A stretch of DNA of 64,000 nucleotides. Origin: Minisyncoccota bacterium (GTDB lineage Bacteria; Patescibacteriota; Minisyncoccia; Phycocordibacterales; UBA9973). The stretch's first letter is position 1. Every line of letters begins with the position of its first letter. A program made the position numbers and the translations under genes. The stretch covers positions 28,976 to 92,975 of the forward strand of contig JBAZRK010000001.1 in the NCBI GenBank assembly GCA_041663005.1, read 5' to 3'. A model generated the notes under the pieces. It was given only the letters and a program-made list of their open reading frames with translations, was not told the DNA's origin and made no database searches. Positions 17,152-25,386 of the stretch are shown here, one piece after another.

Positions 17152-18459
17152 TTAGTTTACCAAGACCCTTTTCTCCATTTCATCAAAATTGTAGTTCGCA
17201 GGAAAGTGTTTTAGAAAAAGCTCGATCGCCGGTTCGCCTGCATATTCTTTACTCTCTGCTGCATAATGCATTGCGAGAATCATCTCTTCCGGTTCACCGA
17301 CACAGTCCAGTGGTTTAAACCCTTCGATGCCTAGGATGCGGCGAAAGAGTGGTAGCAAACGCAAGTTTTCATAAAGGTTGGCCCCGAAGATACTGACCAC
17401 TTCTTTTTTTGGGAGATATGCCGAAAAGCAGGCAAAGAGGAATACACATTTAGGACACCGTTTGCACCAGTATGCCCGACGCCGTAGAAGCTGCTCCGGG
17501 CGCGAAAGCCAAAAATAGTTATTGCAGCTGGTAACGTGGTGGAGATACTGCGGATACTGCACGAAGCGACGCACAATTTCTAGCTCGCTGTACTTTCGCA
17601 AAAGCGATTTTGTGGAAATGTCGGGTGTTATGTAGCGTTGTATGTAATCATTAACCATTTTTTCTGCCTCGGATGATTTACACCATTGATGATTAACTTC
17701 AAGTCCGCGGTAGGTGAGATTGCCGAAATCAGCGCTTCGTTCGTTTGAGAATACGATGGAATTGTAGCCTAGAAGTTCAGCTAGTAACGCAGCAACGAAG
17801 CTGAAAGTTGAAACTGACGGATAGGCGTTAGAAATTCCAAAAATGGACATTATAAAGTCGCTGGATGAATCGCGGCGGCGAGTTACGGTAATTGTTTTCG
17901 CGCCCACGAGCGCGCCAATGCGCTTGTGTGCTGGGGTTGGAGCAAAAGCGAAAAAGTCGAACGGTGCACCTGACCCCTTCAACATTTCAGCGGAGAGGAT
18001 AGAATCTTTGCCTGCGCCATTTAGAAGAAGAGCTCTCGCTGGCCGGGGGAAACGCGCGGGCGTAGGCGCAGGAAGAGATTCATCATAGGGGAAGGAGATA
18101 ACATTATGAAAATCCATCTTCATATCGTAGAAGAATTCTCCGAGTCCATTCAAATATAGCGAGTCCCAGAAATGGGCTTGCTCACGCGTTAACGTAAAGT
18201 CCTGAATGCGGATGTTCCTCGTCGGGAAGAGGCACCAGTAGTTAATACCGAGCATTAGGAGAAGCGCCTGAAGCGTAGGCTCGAGAACTTCCTTCGGAAC
18301 ATTGCCCCATGATTCCGGAGGGATGTCCTTGAGTATAAGCTTATCGGTAAAAGTTTTCGTAATCCCAAATTTAAATTGTACTTTGTAGGTAAAGGTGATG
18401 ATTGAACTAGTAGGGTCCACTTTATATGTGCCGAAAGTAAAAGATGACGGATGCAACAT
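17152..18459 (-). CDS. PP-loop (adenine nucleotide alpha-hydrolase) superfamily ATPase with C-terminal CxxC Zn-ribbon-like motifs; function unknown
   Basis: 435 aa; LLLNGAGKDS resembles SGGxDS PP-loop; WCKRCPKC plus additional Cys; GC-rich relative to neighbouring island. Confidence 0.6.
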   Translation of the reverse strand: MLHPSSFTFGTYKVDPTSSIITFTYKVQFKFGITKTFTDKLILKDIPPESWGNVPKEVLEPTLQALLLMLGINYWCLFPTRNIRIQDFTLTREQAHFWDSLYLNGLGEFFYDMKMDFHNVISFPYDESLPAPTPARFPRPARALLLNGAGKDSILSAEMLKGSGAPFDFFAFAPTPAHKRIGALVGAKTITVTRRRDSSSDFIMSIFGISNAYPSVSTFSFVAALLAELLGYNSIVFSNERSADFGNLTYRGLEVNHQWCKSSEAEKMVNDYIQRYITPDISTKSLLRKYSELEIVRRFVQYPQYLHHVTSCNNYFWLSRPEQLLRRRAYWCKRCPKCVFLFACFSAYLPKKEVVSIFGANLYENLRLLPLFRRILGIEGFKPLDCVGEPEEMILAMHYAAESKEYAGEPAIELFLKHFPANYNFDEMEKRVLVN

Positions 18460-18542
18460 TTTTACATCATAACATAGCCCAGAGGTTAAGTTTTCCTGAT
18501 ATAATGCCTAGACGAACGTAATTTTCGGTTCGGATTAATTAT

Positions 18543-18782
18543 ATGAAAATAGAAGTACTTGGCTCAGGATGTGCGACTTGTAAAAAATTGTTTGAAATAA
18601 CAGAGAAAGCTGTGAGCGAGCTAGGGCTCGACACAGAAGTTGCCTACATAACAGATATTCAAAAGATTGTGGCTATGGGCCTGATGCAGAGCCCGGTTTT
18701 AGCTATCAACGGTAAGCCGGTTCTCGTCGGCTTTACTTCTGACATAGAAAAAATCAAAAAGCTAGTAGAAGAAAATAAATAA
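18543..18782 (+). CDS. small thioredoxin-fold protein (CxxC, redox-active disulfide protein-2-like)
   Basis: 79 aa; MKIEVLGSGCATCKK; conserved pairing with downstream DUF318 permease. Confidence 0.7.
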   Translation: MKIEVLGSGCATCKKLFEITEKAVSELGLDTEVAYITDIQKIVAMGLMQSPVLAINGKPVLVGFTSDIEKIKKLVEENK

Positions 18783-18785
18783 TTT

Positions 18786-19751
18786 ATGAGCATTTTCTAC
18801 CCAATAAAACTCCTTGCCGATTGGCTTACTTACTCTGTACTATCCATCACCCCTGACACACTTTTAGGAGAGGCAGTAAACTTTTTCATATATGACAACT
18901 TAAAAATATTTATACTGATGGCGGTTATTATATTTTCTGTTTCTATAATTCGGTCATATTTGCCACCAGAAAAAATACGGGTCTTGCTTTCGCATAAAAA
19001 TAAATACACAGGCAACATTGCTGCCTCGCTCTTGGGCATAATTACACCCTTTTGTTCTTGCTCAGCGATACCTTTATTCTTGGGGTTTATTCAAGCTGGG
19101 GTGCCACTCGGCACCACCTTCTCTTTCCTAGTGGCCTCGCCGATGATAAACGAGATAGCGCTCGTTCTTCTCTTGGGAATGTTCGGCTGGAAAATAGCTC
19201 TGATGTATATAGCAAGCGGGCTCATAATTTCAATCTTTTCGGGAATTATAATTGGAAAAATGAAAGTAGAAAATTTAGTGGAGCCATTTGTATATCAAAA
19301 TTCTATAAATGGAAATGTGGAATTGCCACCGATGACCAAGACAGAGAGAATTATTTATGCCAGAGATTATACTTTAGATATTCTTAAAAAAGTTTGGCTT
19401 TATATTTTAATCGGGATTGGCATTGGGGCTTGGATACACGGGTATGTCCCGGCAGATTTCTTGGCACAGTATGCCGGAAGTGATAAATGGTACGCTGTGT
19501 CCTTGGCTGTCCTAATCGGTATACCTCTGTATTCGAACGCCGCGGGAGTTATACCTCTTGTTTCTGCCTTGACCGAAAAGGGGGTTGCTATGGGTACGAC
19601 TCTTGCTTTTATGATGTCTATCACCGCATTATCTTTGCCTGAGTTTATGATTCTTAAAAAAGTAATGAAAATAAAATTGATTTTTATTTTTGCTGGAATA
19701 GTTGCGCTTGGCATTACCCTTACAGGGTATCTCTTTAATGCAGTGTTATAA
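18786..19751 (+). CDS. DUF318/ArsP-like permease with CxC motif
   Basis: 321 aa polytopic membrane protein; TPFCSCSAIPLF motif typical of the two-Cys permease family. Confidence 0.7.
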   Translation: MSIFYPIKLLADWLTYSVLSITPDTLLGEAVNFFIYDNLKIFILMAVIIFSVSIIRSYLPPEKIRVLLSHKNKYTGNIAASLLGIITPFCSCSAIPLFLGFIQAGVPLGTTFSFLVASPMINEIALVLLLGMFGWKIALMYIASGLIISIFSGIIIGKMKVENLVEPFVYQNSINGNVELPPMTKTERIIYARDYTLDILKKVWLYILIGIGIGAWIHGYVPADFLAQYAGSDKWYAVSLAVLIGIPLYSNAAGVIPLVSALTEKGVAMGTTLAFMMSITALSLPEFMILKKVMKIKLIFIFAGIVALGITLTGYLFNAVL

Positions 19752-19772
19752 GTTCTTGCTATAATAGTATTA

Positions 19773-20021
19773 ATGAAGAAAAATACACGAGCTGGCGCAG
19801 TGCATAGCGCCCCGGCTGATTTAAGAAAAATGCTTAATGCCGACAAAGCGGCAGGAGAGGCGTGGAAAGATATTACTCCACTTGCTCGGAACGAGTGGAT
19901 TTGCTGGATTACGTCGCCAAAGAAACCCGAAACTCGAAAACAGCACATAGATAGGGCTCGGTCAGAACTTAAAAACGGAAAGCGCCGACCCTGCTGCTGG
20001 GCCGGGTGTCCGCATCGCTAA
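19773..20021 (+). CDS. YdeI/OmpD-associated (OmdA) family protein
   Basis: 82 aa; pattern ...RNEWICWITSPKKPETRKQHIDRARSEL...RRPCCWAGCPH resembles OmdA domain; tentative. Confidence 0.45.
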   Translation: MKKNTRAGAVHSAPADLRKMLNADKAAGEAWKDITPLARNEWICWITSPKKPETRKQHIDRARSELKNGKRRPCCWAGCPHR

Positions 20022-20208
20022 AAGGTAGCTCGAGTGTTATAATTTATCTATGCGTAATAAAATATCCGAACTTAACCAATCTTTTTTGTTTATGCTCGCG
20101 TTTACTATTATCAGCTCCTTGATTGCGTTTCACTTAATTACCAAAGCGTACGATACTGTCTTTGCGGTCTCACAGTTTGAAATCGCGCAATAATTTTCTC
20201 CCTGCTTT

Positions 20209-20763
20209 TTATTTTTTAGAGCTTTCCAGGGTGGACATATAATAAAATAGTCCACCTATTATTGAGAGCATTAGAATAAGCCATGCTACGAAGAGAAAAG
20301 GTCGAACGCCTGTAACCGGGAGAGTGGGTATGAACTCTGCGCCGAGAACCTGGCCGTCGCCATTGGGGCCAGTAGAAGCACCTAGCACATCGCCGTTGCT
20401 ACCCCCGCTGCTTCCCCCACTACTACTGCTACCGCTAGAACTTCCTCCTCCACCACCACCACTACCACCACCACTACCTCCGGTGACTGTTCCGGAAATA
20501 GAGTTCCCGACGTTTCCGCCGATGCTTCCTCCTGAAGATGATCCTCCGATGCCCCCACCAATACTGCCGCCAACGGATGAGCCTCCTACTCCGCCACCCA
20601 GACTTCCTCCGACGGAAGAGCCCCCGACTGAGCCCCCGACTCCTCCATTTACTTCAGCCGCATCTGCCCGGAGACTCAAACTACCATTTGAGCTTACTAA
20701 GGCTACCAGGGTTGCGAATATAATAATCCCTCCAAATATTGCTAATTTTTTAATTATTTTCAT
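20209..20763 (-). CDS. secreted Gly/Ser-rich low-complexity protein with C-terminal LPVTG sortase-type cell-wall sorting signal
   Basis: 184 aa; N-terminal signal/TM; ~110 aa of GGS/GGV repeats; C-terminus LPVTG + hydrophobic stretch + SSKK charged tail. Confidence 0.7.
   Translation of the reverse strand: MKIIKKLAIFGGIIIFATLVALVSSNGSLSLRADAAEVNGGVGGSVGGSSVGGSLGGGVGGSSVGGSIGGGIGGSSSGGSIGGNVGNSISGTVTGGSGGGSGGGGGGSSSGSSSSGGSSGGSNGDVLGASTGPNGDGQVLGAEFIPTLPVTGVRPFLFVAWLILMLSIIGGLFYYMSTLESSKK
20380..20660. repeat. low-complexity GGN/TCC-rich coding repeats (Gly/Ser repeats of LPVTG protein)
   Basis: Imperfect tandem triplet repeats (ccacc, gctacc, ggaag units) visible directly. Confidence 0.7.
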
Positions 20764-20892
20764 AAAATATTTTTAAACTTTTAAGTATTTTTAAAGTATT
20801 CGATATGATTCGACCAAACCTGTAAGTATTGAGCCGAAGCAGTCGCGCTTTTATTACCACAGCTGAAATGAAATGGTGTTATAATCGGCAAT

Positions 20893-21411
20893 ATGCTTAT
20901 GGAACCAAAATCCGAAAACAAAAAGCTCATTATTATGATTGTAGCTATCATTGTGCTGGCCCTGGGGATTTATATTCTATCTCAGAGATTTTCCGCCACG
21001 ACCGAGAATAAGCAAGAAAACGTTATTCCGCCCGAAGTGCAAAATGCCCCACTCGAGCTTTATACTAAATACGTAACTGCCGTTGACTGGCCGCCGTTTG
21101 TGCGGACAGAAGACGAAGCCTTTACTTGTACGGAAGCTGGCACTCCGACGGAGCGGGCAGGAGGCACGGAGCTTAAAACTATCAATGGTCGGACTTATTG
21201 TGTGACGGAGGTGACCGAAGGCGCGGCCGGGAGCACATATACGCAGTACGCCTATGCTTTCCCTAAAGATAATAAAACTATGATTGCTACCTTTAGTCTC
21301 AAGTTTGTGCAATGTGCTAACTATGACGAACCGGAAAGGTCTGACTGCGCCGGCGAGCAGGCGGGATTTAATGTCGACATTTTAGCCGACAGCTACGCCC
21401 AGGGTCTCTAA
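20893..21411 (+). CDS. hypothetical membrane-anchored protein
   Basis: 172 aa; N-terminal TM (LIIMIVAIIVLALGIYIL), four Cys in ectodomain; no recognisable family. Confidence 0.5.
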   Translation: MLMEPKSENKKLIIMIVAIIVLALGIYILSQRFSATTENKQENVIPPEVQNAPLELYTKYVTAVDWPPFVRTEDEAFTCTEAGTPTERAGGTELKTINGRTYCVTEVTEGAAGSTYTQYAYAFPKDNKTMIATFSLKFVQCANYDEPERSDCAGEQAGFNVDILADSYAQGL

Positions 21412-21447
21412 GCAGAATTTGCCGGCGGAAATGATATAATTAAGTTT

Positions 21448-21846
21448 ATGAAAGGCTTCAACGCTAATATCGAACAAGAAACAATAGCTAACGAAAATTT
21501 TCGCAAAGTTTTGTACACTGCGAAACACAGTCAGCTCGTGCTGATGAGCCTAAACGTGGGCGAAGAAATCGGAATGGAGGTTCATCCCGACAACGACCAA
21601 TTTTTTCGAATTGAAGCAGGCGAGGGGAGCTGTATCATTGACGACAACGTGTATGCTCTAAGTGACGGCTCTGCCATAGTAGTGCCCGCCGGAAGTGAAC
21701 ACAACGTCATCAACACTTCGCCTACTCAAAAGTTGAAACTATACACTATCTATTCCCCAGCACATCATAAGGATGGAGTCATCCATAAAACCAAAGCCGA
21801 TGCGGAGTCCGACGATGAAGAATTTGACGGCAAGACTACGGAGTAA
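21448..21846 (+). CDS. cupin-domain protein
   Basis: 132 aa; cupin motifs G(X)5HxH-like (EIGMEVHPDNDQFF...GSEHNVIN). Confidence 0.6.
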   Translation: MKGFNANIEQETIANENFRKVLYTAKHSQLVLMSLNVGEEIGMEVHPDNDQFFRIEAGEGSCIIDDNVYALSDGSAIVVPAGSEHNVINTSPTQKLKLYTIYSPAHHKDGVIHKTKADAESDDEEFDGKTTE

Positions 21847-21951
21847 AGCTATCCTTATGGCTCAAATTTAAGCCAATCTACCCTAACGATATAGGTCTTT
21901 TTTGCGGTCCTTTTTATCCCCTTATTGTGCACACCCTTGTGCACCTTTTTC

Positions 21952-21981
21952 ATTGACACACCTACAGTAGAGTTTTAATCT
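21952..21981 (+). promoter_or_regulatory. sigma70-like promoter (TTGACA-17-TAATCT) preceded by palindrome gtgcacacccttgtgcac
   Basis: cattgacacacctacagtagagttttaatct 30 nt upstream of the 22012 start. Confidence 0.4.
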
Positions 21982-22011
21982 GAAGTTTATTAATAACATT
22001 TACCATAAATT

Positions 22012-24171
22012 ATGAAAAAATTGAATTTGATGTCTCGTTTAGGTTTGTTAGGAACCGCGATGCTTATAGCAGTGGGCGGTTTTTTTGTGGCAGAAAAAGC
22101 TTTAGCAGTTACAGCAAATATTAATCATTTGGCTATAACCACCGAAGCGCAAACAATTTCTGTTAGTGTGGCTTCAAGCGTCATTACTGTACAGACAAGA
22201 AATGCTGAAGACACAGCAGAGCAGTTGGATACGAGTGGGACAACTGTCTCATTAGCTAGTTCCTCGGCTACCGGAGAATTTTCCAGTAATAGTGAAACGT
22301 GGGAAGCCGTGACGACCCTGGGAATGAATAATGGTACAGCTAACAGAAACTTTTATTACAAAGATTCCGTTCCTGGAACTTACACAATTACAATAAGCGC
22401 AGATGGTTGGACTGAAGCTACCCAAAGTATAGTTGTAGAAGGCGACGTTCCACCTGCCGCAGGTCCGGTTTTTATTGATGATAACACCAATGGAACATTT
22501 GATGAAGGAGAAAGTGATTTTGAAACTATTCAAGAAGCCGTTGATGCGGCGAATCCTGGTGATACCACAGGCGACACCATAGTTGTAACAGCAGGAACTT
22601 ACGACAGTTTTTCAGTGGTTGATAAATCCGACCTTACTATCTCCGGTGCAGGTCAGGGTGAGACAATAATAGAACCGACCACTTTAGTGACCACTAGCAC
22701 TGCGCATAAATATACTGCAAATATGCTGGCTTCAGTATTTGTAAATGGATCGACGGGCATAACCATTCAGAATATGACAATCAAGTCAAACGATCAAACT
22801 CCTGGCTCAGGAGGTCCTGACGCAATAGTCTTTTGGAATGCCTCTACGGGCACAATAGGGAATTGCGACATAACCGGTGTTTATACGATAAATGGGGTAC
22901 AGAGCGGCCAAGGTATCGCGATAGATGCGAGCGGCAGTCAAGCATCCGACCTTAGTGTTGAGGACTCTAACATAAGTGGATTCCAGAAGAACGGGATAGA
23001 AGCCATTGATGGCAACGGGGCAACATCCGGCGCCACGGACACAATTACAATTTCAATTAATGGTGGGAGCATAACTGGTGCCGGCCCGACCGATGCAATC
23101 GCACAGAATGGTGTGCTGGCTTGGAACCGTGGCGGGGGCGGAGTGTCGGCTTCCATAGATGGAACTGAGATTTCCGGTTTTAGCTATACTGGTGACGCTA
23201 CGGCTGCTGGAGTTCTGGCCTACGGTGGCGGCAACATTATGGTAAACAATTCCACATTAACTAATAATCAGCTGAATGTTTCTAATGTCGATAGTCCGCA
23301 AATAGATGCGAGCAAAAATTATTGGGGTAGCGAAGACGGTCCGGTCGCCGAAAGCATCGAGGGCGATGTAATATTTTCTCCTTGGTTTTCGGATGCGGAT
23401 ATGACTGAGCTCTCAACCACTCTGGCAACTACACTTCCGGTAACAGTAGGAGCCTTAACCATAGATATACCTGACGATATAACGATAACAGGTGATGAAA
23501 ACTGGGACGGCTTACTTGAAACACCTACTGCAACTACAGTGACCTTGGATATTCCCGGCTTTAATACCGACGTAAGTTCTGCGATTGCCCTCGGTTCAAG
23601 TTTATATGATCTTACTTTTGACAAGGCGGTAAAGCTTACATTCGCAGGACAAGCTGGCAAGCATATCGGCTGGTACGATGCCGCTGGTGACTTCACTGAA
23701 ATTACTGACGACTGTAATGCAACGGGCGGAGATGACCAAGCACTACAAACAGCTCAACTTGGAGGAGAGGCCTCATGTAAGATGGATGTGGGTGAAAACC
23801 TAATTGTTTTTACCAAGCACTTTTCTACATTTCTTACTTACACAACCGAAGCGGAAAGTGCTGGAAGCAGTAGCGGTAGTCGACGAAACTCAACTGCTCC
23901 TTCAACTCCTGGACAGATTCTCGGTGCAGAGACTGGTCCAGATGAAAGCTTCGTTTTCACTCTTTCTTTGAAAATGGGCCCACCATATCAAAACCAGGCA
24001 GAAGTTATGGAACTTCAGAAATTCTTAAATGCCGCTGGGTTTGGACCGCTAGTTATAGATGGAAAGTTCGGTCCATTGACGAAAGATGCACTGGTTAAAT
24101 TCCAGTTGGCGAATGGATTGGTGGGGGACGGAGTGGTAGGTCCTTTGACTCGAGCGGTTCTAAACAAGTAA
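22012..24171 (+). CDS. secreted right-handed beta-helix (pectate-lyase-fold) protein with C-terminal peptidoglycan-binding domain
   Basis: 719 aa; signal peptide; Gly/Asn/Thr-rich repeats typical of parallel beta-helix; C-terminal LQKFLNAAGFGPLVIDGKFGPLTKDALVKFQLANGLVGDGVVGPLT = PG_binding_1 pattern. Confidence 0.7.
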   Translation: MKKLNLMSRLGLLGTAMLIAVGGFFVAEKALAVTANINHLAITTEAQTISVSVASSVITVQTRNAEDTAEQLDTSGTTVSLASSSATGEFSSNSETWEAVTTLGMNNGTANRNFYYKDSVPGTYTITISADGWTEATQSIVVEGDVPPAAGPVFIDDNTNGTFDEGESDFETIQEAVDAANPGDTTGDTIVVTAGTYDSFSVVDKSDLTISGAGQGETIIEPTTLVTTSTAHKYTANMLASVFVNGSTGITIQNMTIKSNDQTPGSGGPDAIVFWNASTGTIGNCDITGVYTINGVQSGQGIAIDASGSQASDLSVEDSNISGFQKNGIEAIDGNGATSGATDTITISINGGSITGAGPTDAIAQNGVLAWNRGGGGVSASIDGTEISGFSYTGDATAAGVLAYGGGNIMVNNSTLTNNQLNVSNVDSPQIDASKNYWGSEDGPVAESIEGDVIFSPWFSDADMTELSTTLATTLPVTVGALTIDIPDDITITGDENWDGLLETPTATTVTLDIPGFNTDVSSAIALGSSLYDLTFDKAVKLTFAGQAGKHIGWYDAAGDFTEITDDCNATGGDDQALQTAQLGGEASCKMDVGENLIVFTKHFSTFLTYTTEAESAGSSSGSRRNSTAPSTPGQILGAETGPDESFVFTLSLKMGPPYQNQAEVMELQKFLNAAGFGPLVIDGKFGPLTKDALVKFQLANGLVGDGVVGPLTRAVLNK

Positions 24172-24195
24172 ATTATTAAAGTTTTACTTCACAAA

Positions 24196-24230
24196 ACCCC
24201 ACCTGTACAGGCGGGGTTTTGTTTGTTACA
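24196..24230 (+). terminator. intrinsic terminator
   Basis: aaaaccccacctgtacaggcggggttttgtttg. Confidence 0.65.
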
Positions 24231-24238
24231 ATACGCGA

Positions 24239-25246
24239 ATGAAAAAATGGCTCAAGAAGCATTTTATTCCCCACCCAGAAAATGACCATCGGCCGCACCT
24301 ACTCCGCGCCGATACTGCCAGGAACACTATCCTCGTAGTGCTTTTTTTTGAAATCACTCTCTTTGTTATTCCGGCGCTATTAAATTTGAATCTTTCCGGG
24401 GGTATGGCTGCGGTGCTGCCTGCTGTTTTAGGAAACCTGACGAATGAAGAGAGACAAGAGCTCAACCTGCCGACGCTTACAGTGAACCCCCTACTCGAGC
24501 AAGCAGCACAAATGAAAGCCCAAGATATGGCAGATAAGGGTTACTTCGCGCACACGAGCCCCGAAGGCAAGACACCCTGGTACTGGATGGAAGTAGCGGG
24601 ATATAAATACCAATACGCCGGAGAAAACTTGGCCGTAAACTTTCGGGATTCGGAAGACGTAACCCGCGCCTGGCTCGCGAGCCCTACCCACCGAGCCAAT
24701 ATTGTGAAAGGCAACTACACAGAGATGGGGACAGGTATAGCTCGAGGGAAATATAATGGCAAGGCCACTGTTTTTGTAGCACAAGTGTATGCCAACCCGA
24801 TGCCAGCGCCTATCGCCAAAGAAATTATTCCCGTCAATGTGCCGGTGCGCGCTTTCGTAGCCACTCCTACAATCAAACCGCAAGTGTTAGGCACCGAGAC
24901 AGTAGCACAAGCCCTAGAGAAGAATACTGATGTTGCCGAGACTCCGATTAAAGAGGAATTAAAATTCGAGGCTAAAGTTTCCGAAGAGCCATCGCCTTGG
25001 CACGAGTTTATGGCTTCGCCGCGTAATACGACCAATACAATTCTTATAGTCATTTCAGGCGTTATGGCTCTAGCCCTATTCTTCTACTTGGCACTTCGAA
25101 TGAAAGAACACGAAACAGATCTCGTAAACAATGGCCTCACAGTGCTAGCCATCGCGCTCGCGGTTATGATAGGTAACTACTATTTGACCTTCAACAATAT
25201 GACCGTAACTGCAAGTTACGATTACGCGCTCGAAGACACAATCTAA
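24239..25246 (+). CDS. CAP/SCP/PR1-like (YkwD-type) domain protein with N- and C-terminal TM segments
   Basis: 335 aa; CAP motifs GYFAHTSPEGK, YAGENLA, ASPTHRANIV..YTEMGTG; C-terminal hydrophobic helices. Confidence 0.7.
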   Translation: MKKWLKKHFIPHPENDHRPHLLRADTARNTILVVLFFEITLFVIPALLNLNLSGGMAAVLPAVLGNLTNEERQELNLPTLTVNPLLEQAAQMKAQDMADKGYFAHTSPEGKTPWYWMEVAGYKYQYAGENLAVNFRDSEDVTRAWLASPTHRANIVKGNYTEMGTGIARGKYNGKATVFVAQVYANPMPAPIAKEIIPVNVPVRAFVATPTIKPQVLGTETVAQALEKNTDVAETPIKEELKFEAKVSEEPSPWHEFMASPRNTTNTILIVISGVMALALFFYLALRMKEHETDLVNNGLTVLAIALAVMIGNYYLTFNNMTVTASYDYALEDTI

Positions 25247-25386
25247 CTCCTATCAATATGAAAACTGGTAACGTACCTGAATATACCAGACCGATCTGCG
25301 AGTTCTAAACACCTATTCTGGCGTGTCTTTTGCTGTCGAGGTATAATAAAGTTGGTTTTTTACTAATTAATTTTAAAAGATAAAAT

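Noticed and set aside
19400-19948. 182-aa ORF antisense to the DUF318 permease
   Set aside because: It lies fully inside a well-supported membrane-protein gene on the other strand and has no motifs. It is a typical shadow ORF.
20029-20175. Possible 47-aa hydrophobic ORF (MRNKISELNQSFLFMLAFTIISSLIAFHLITKAYDTVFAVSQFEIAQ) after a TATAAT
   Set aside because: It is too short and featureless to support without conservation data. It is left uncalled.
20324-20776. 150-aa Pro-rich ORF on the plus strand
   Set aside because: It is the mirror-frame artefact of the Gly/Ser codon repeats (GGN versus NCC) of the minus-strand LPVTG protein. It lacks a signal peptide or any motif, whereas the minus-strand ORF has signal peptide plus LPVTG plus anchor.
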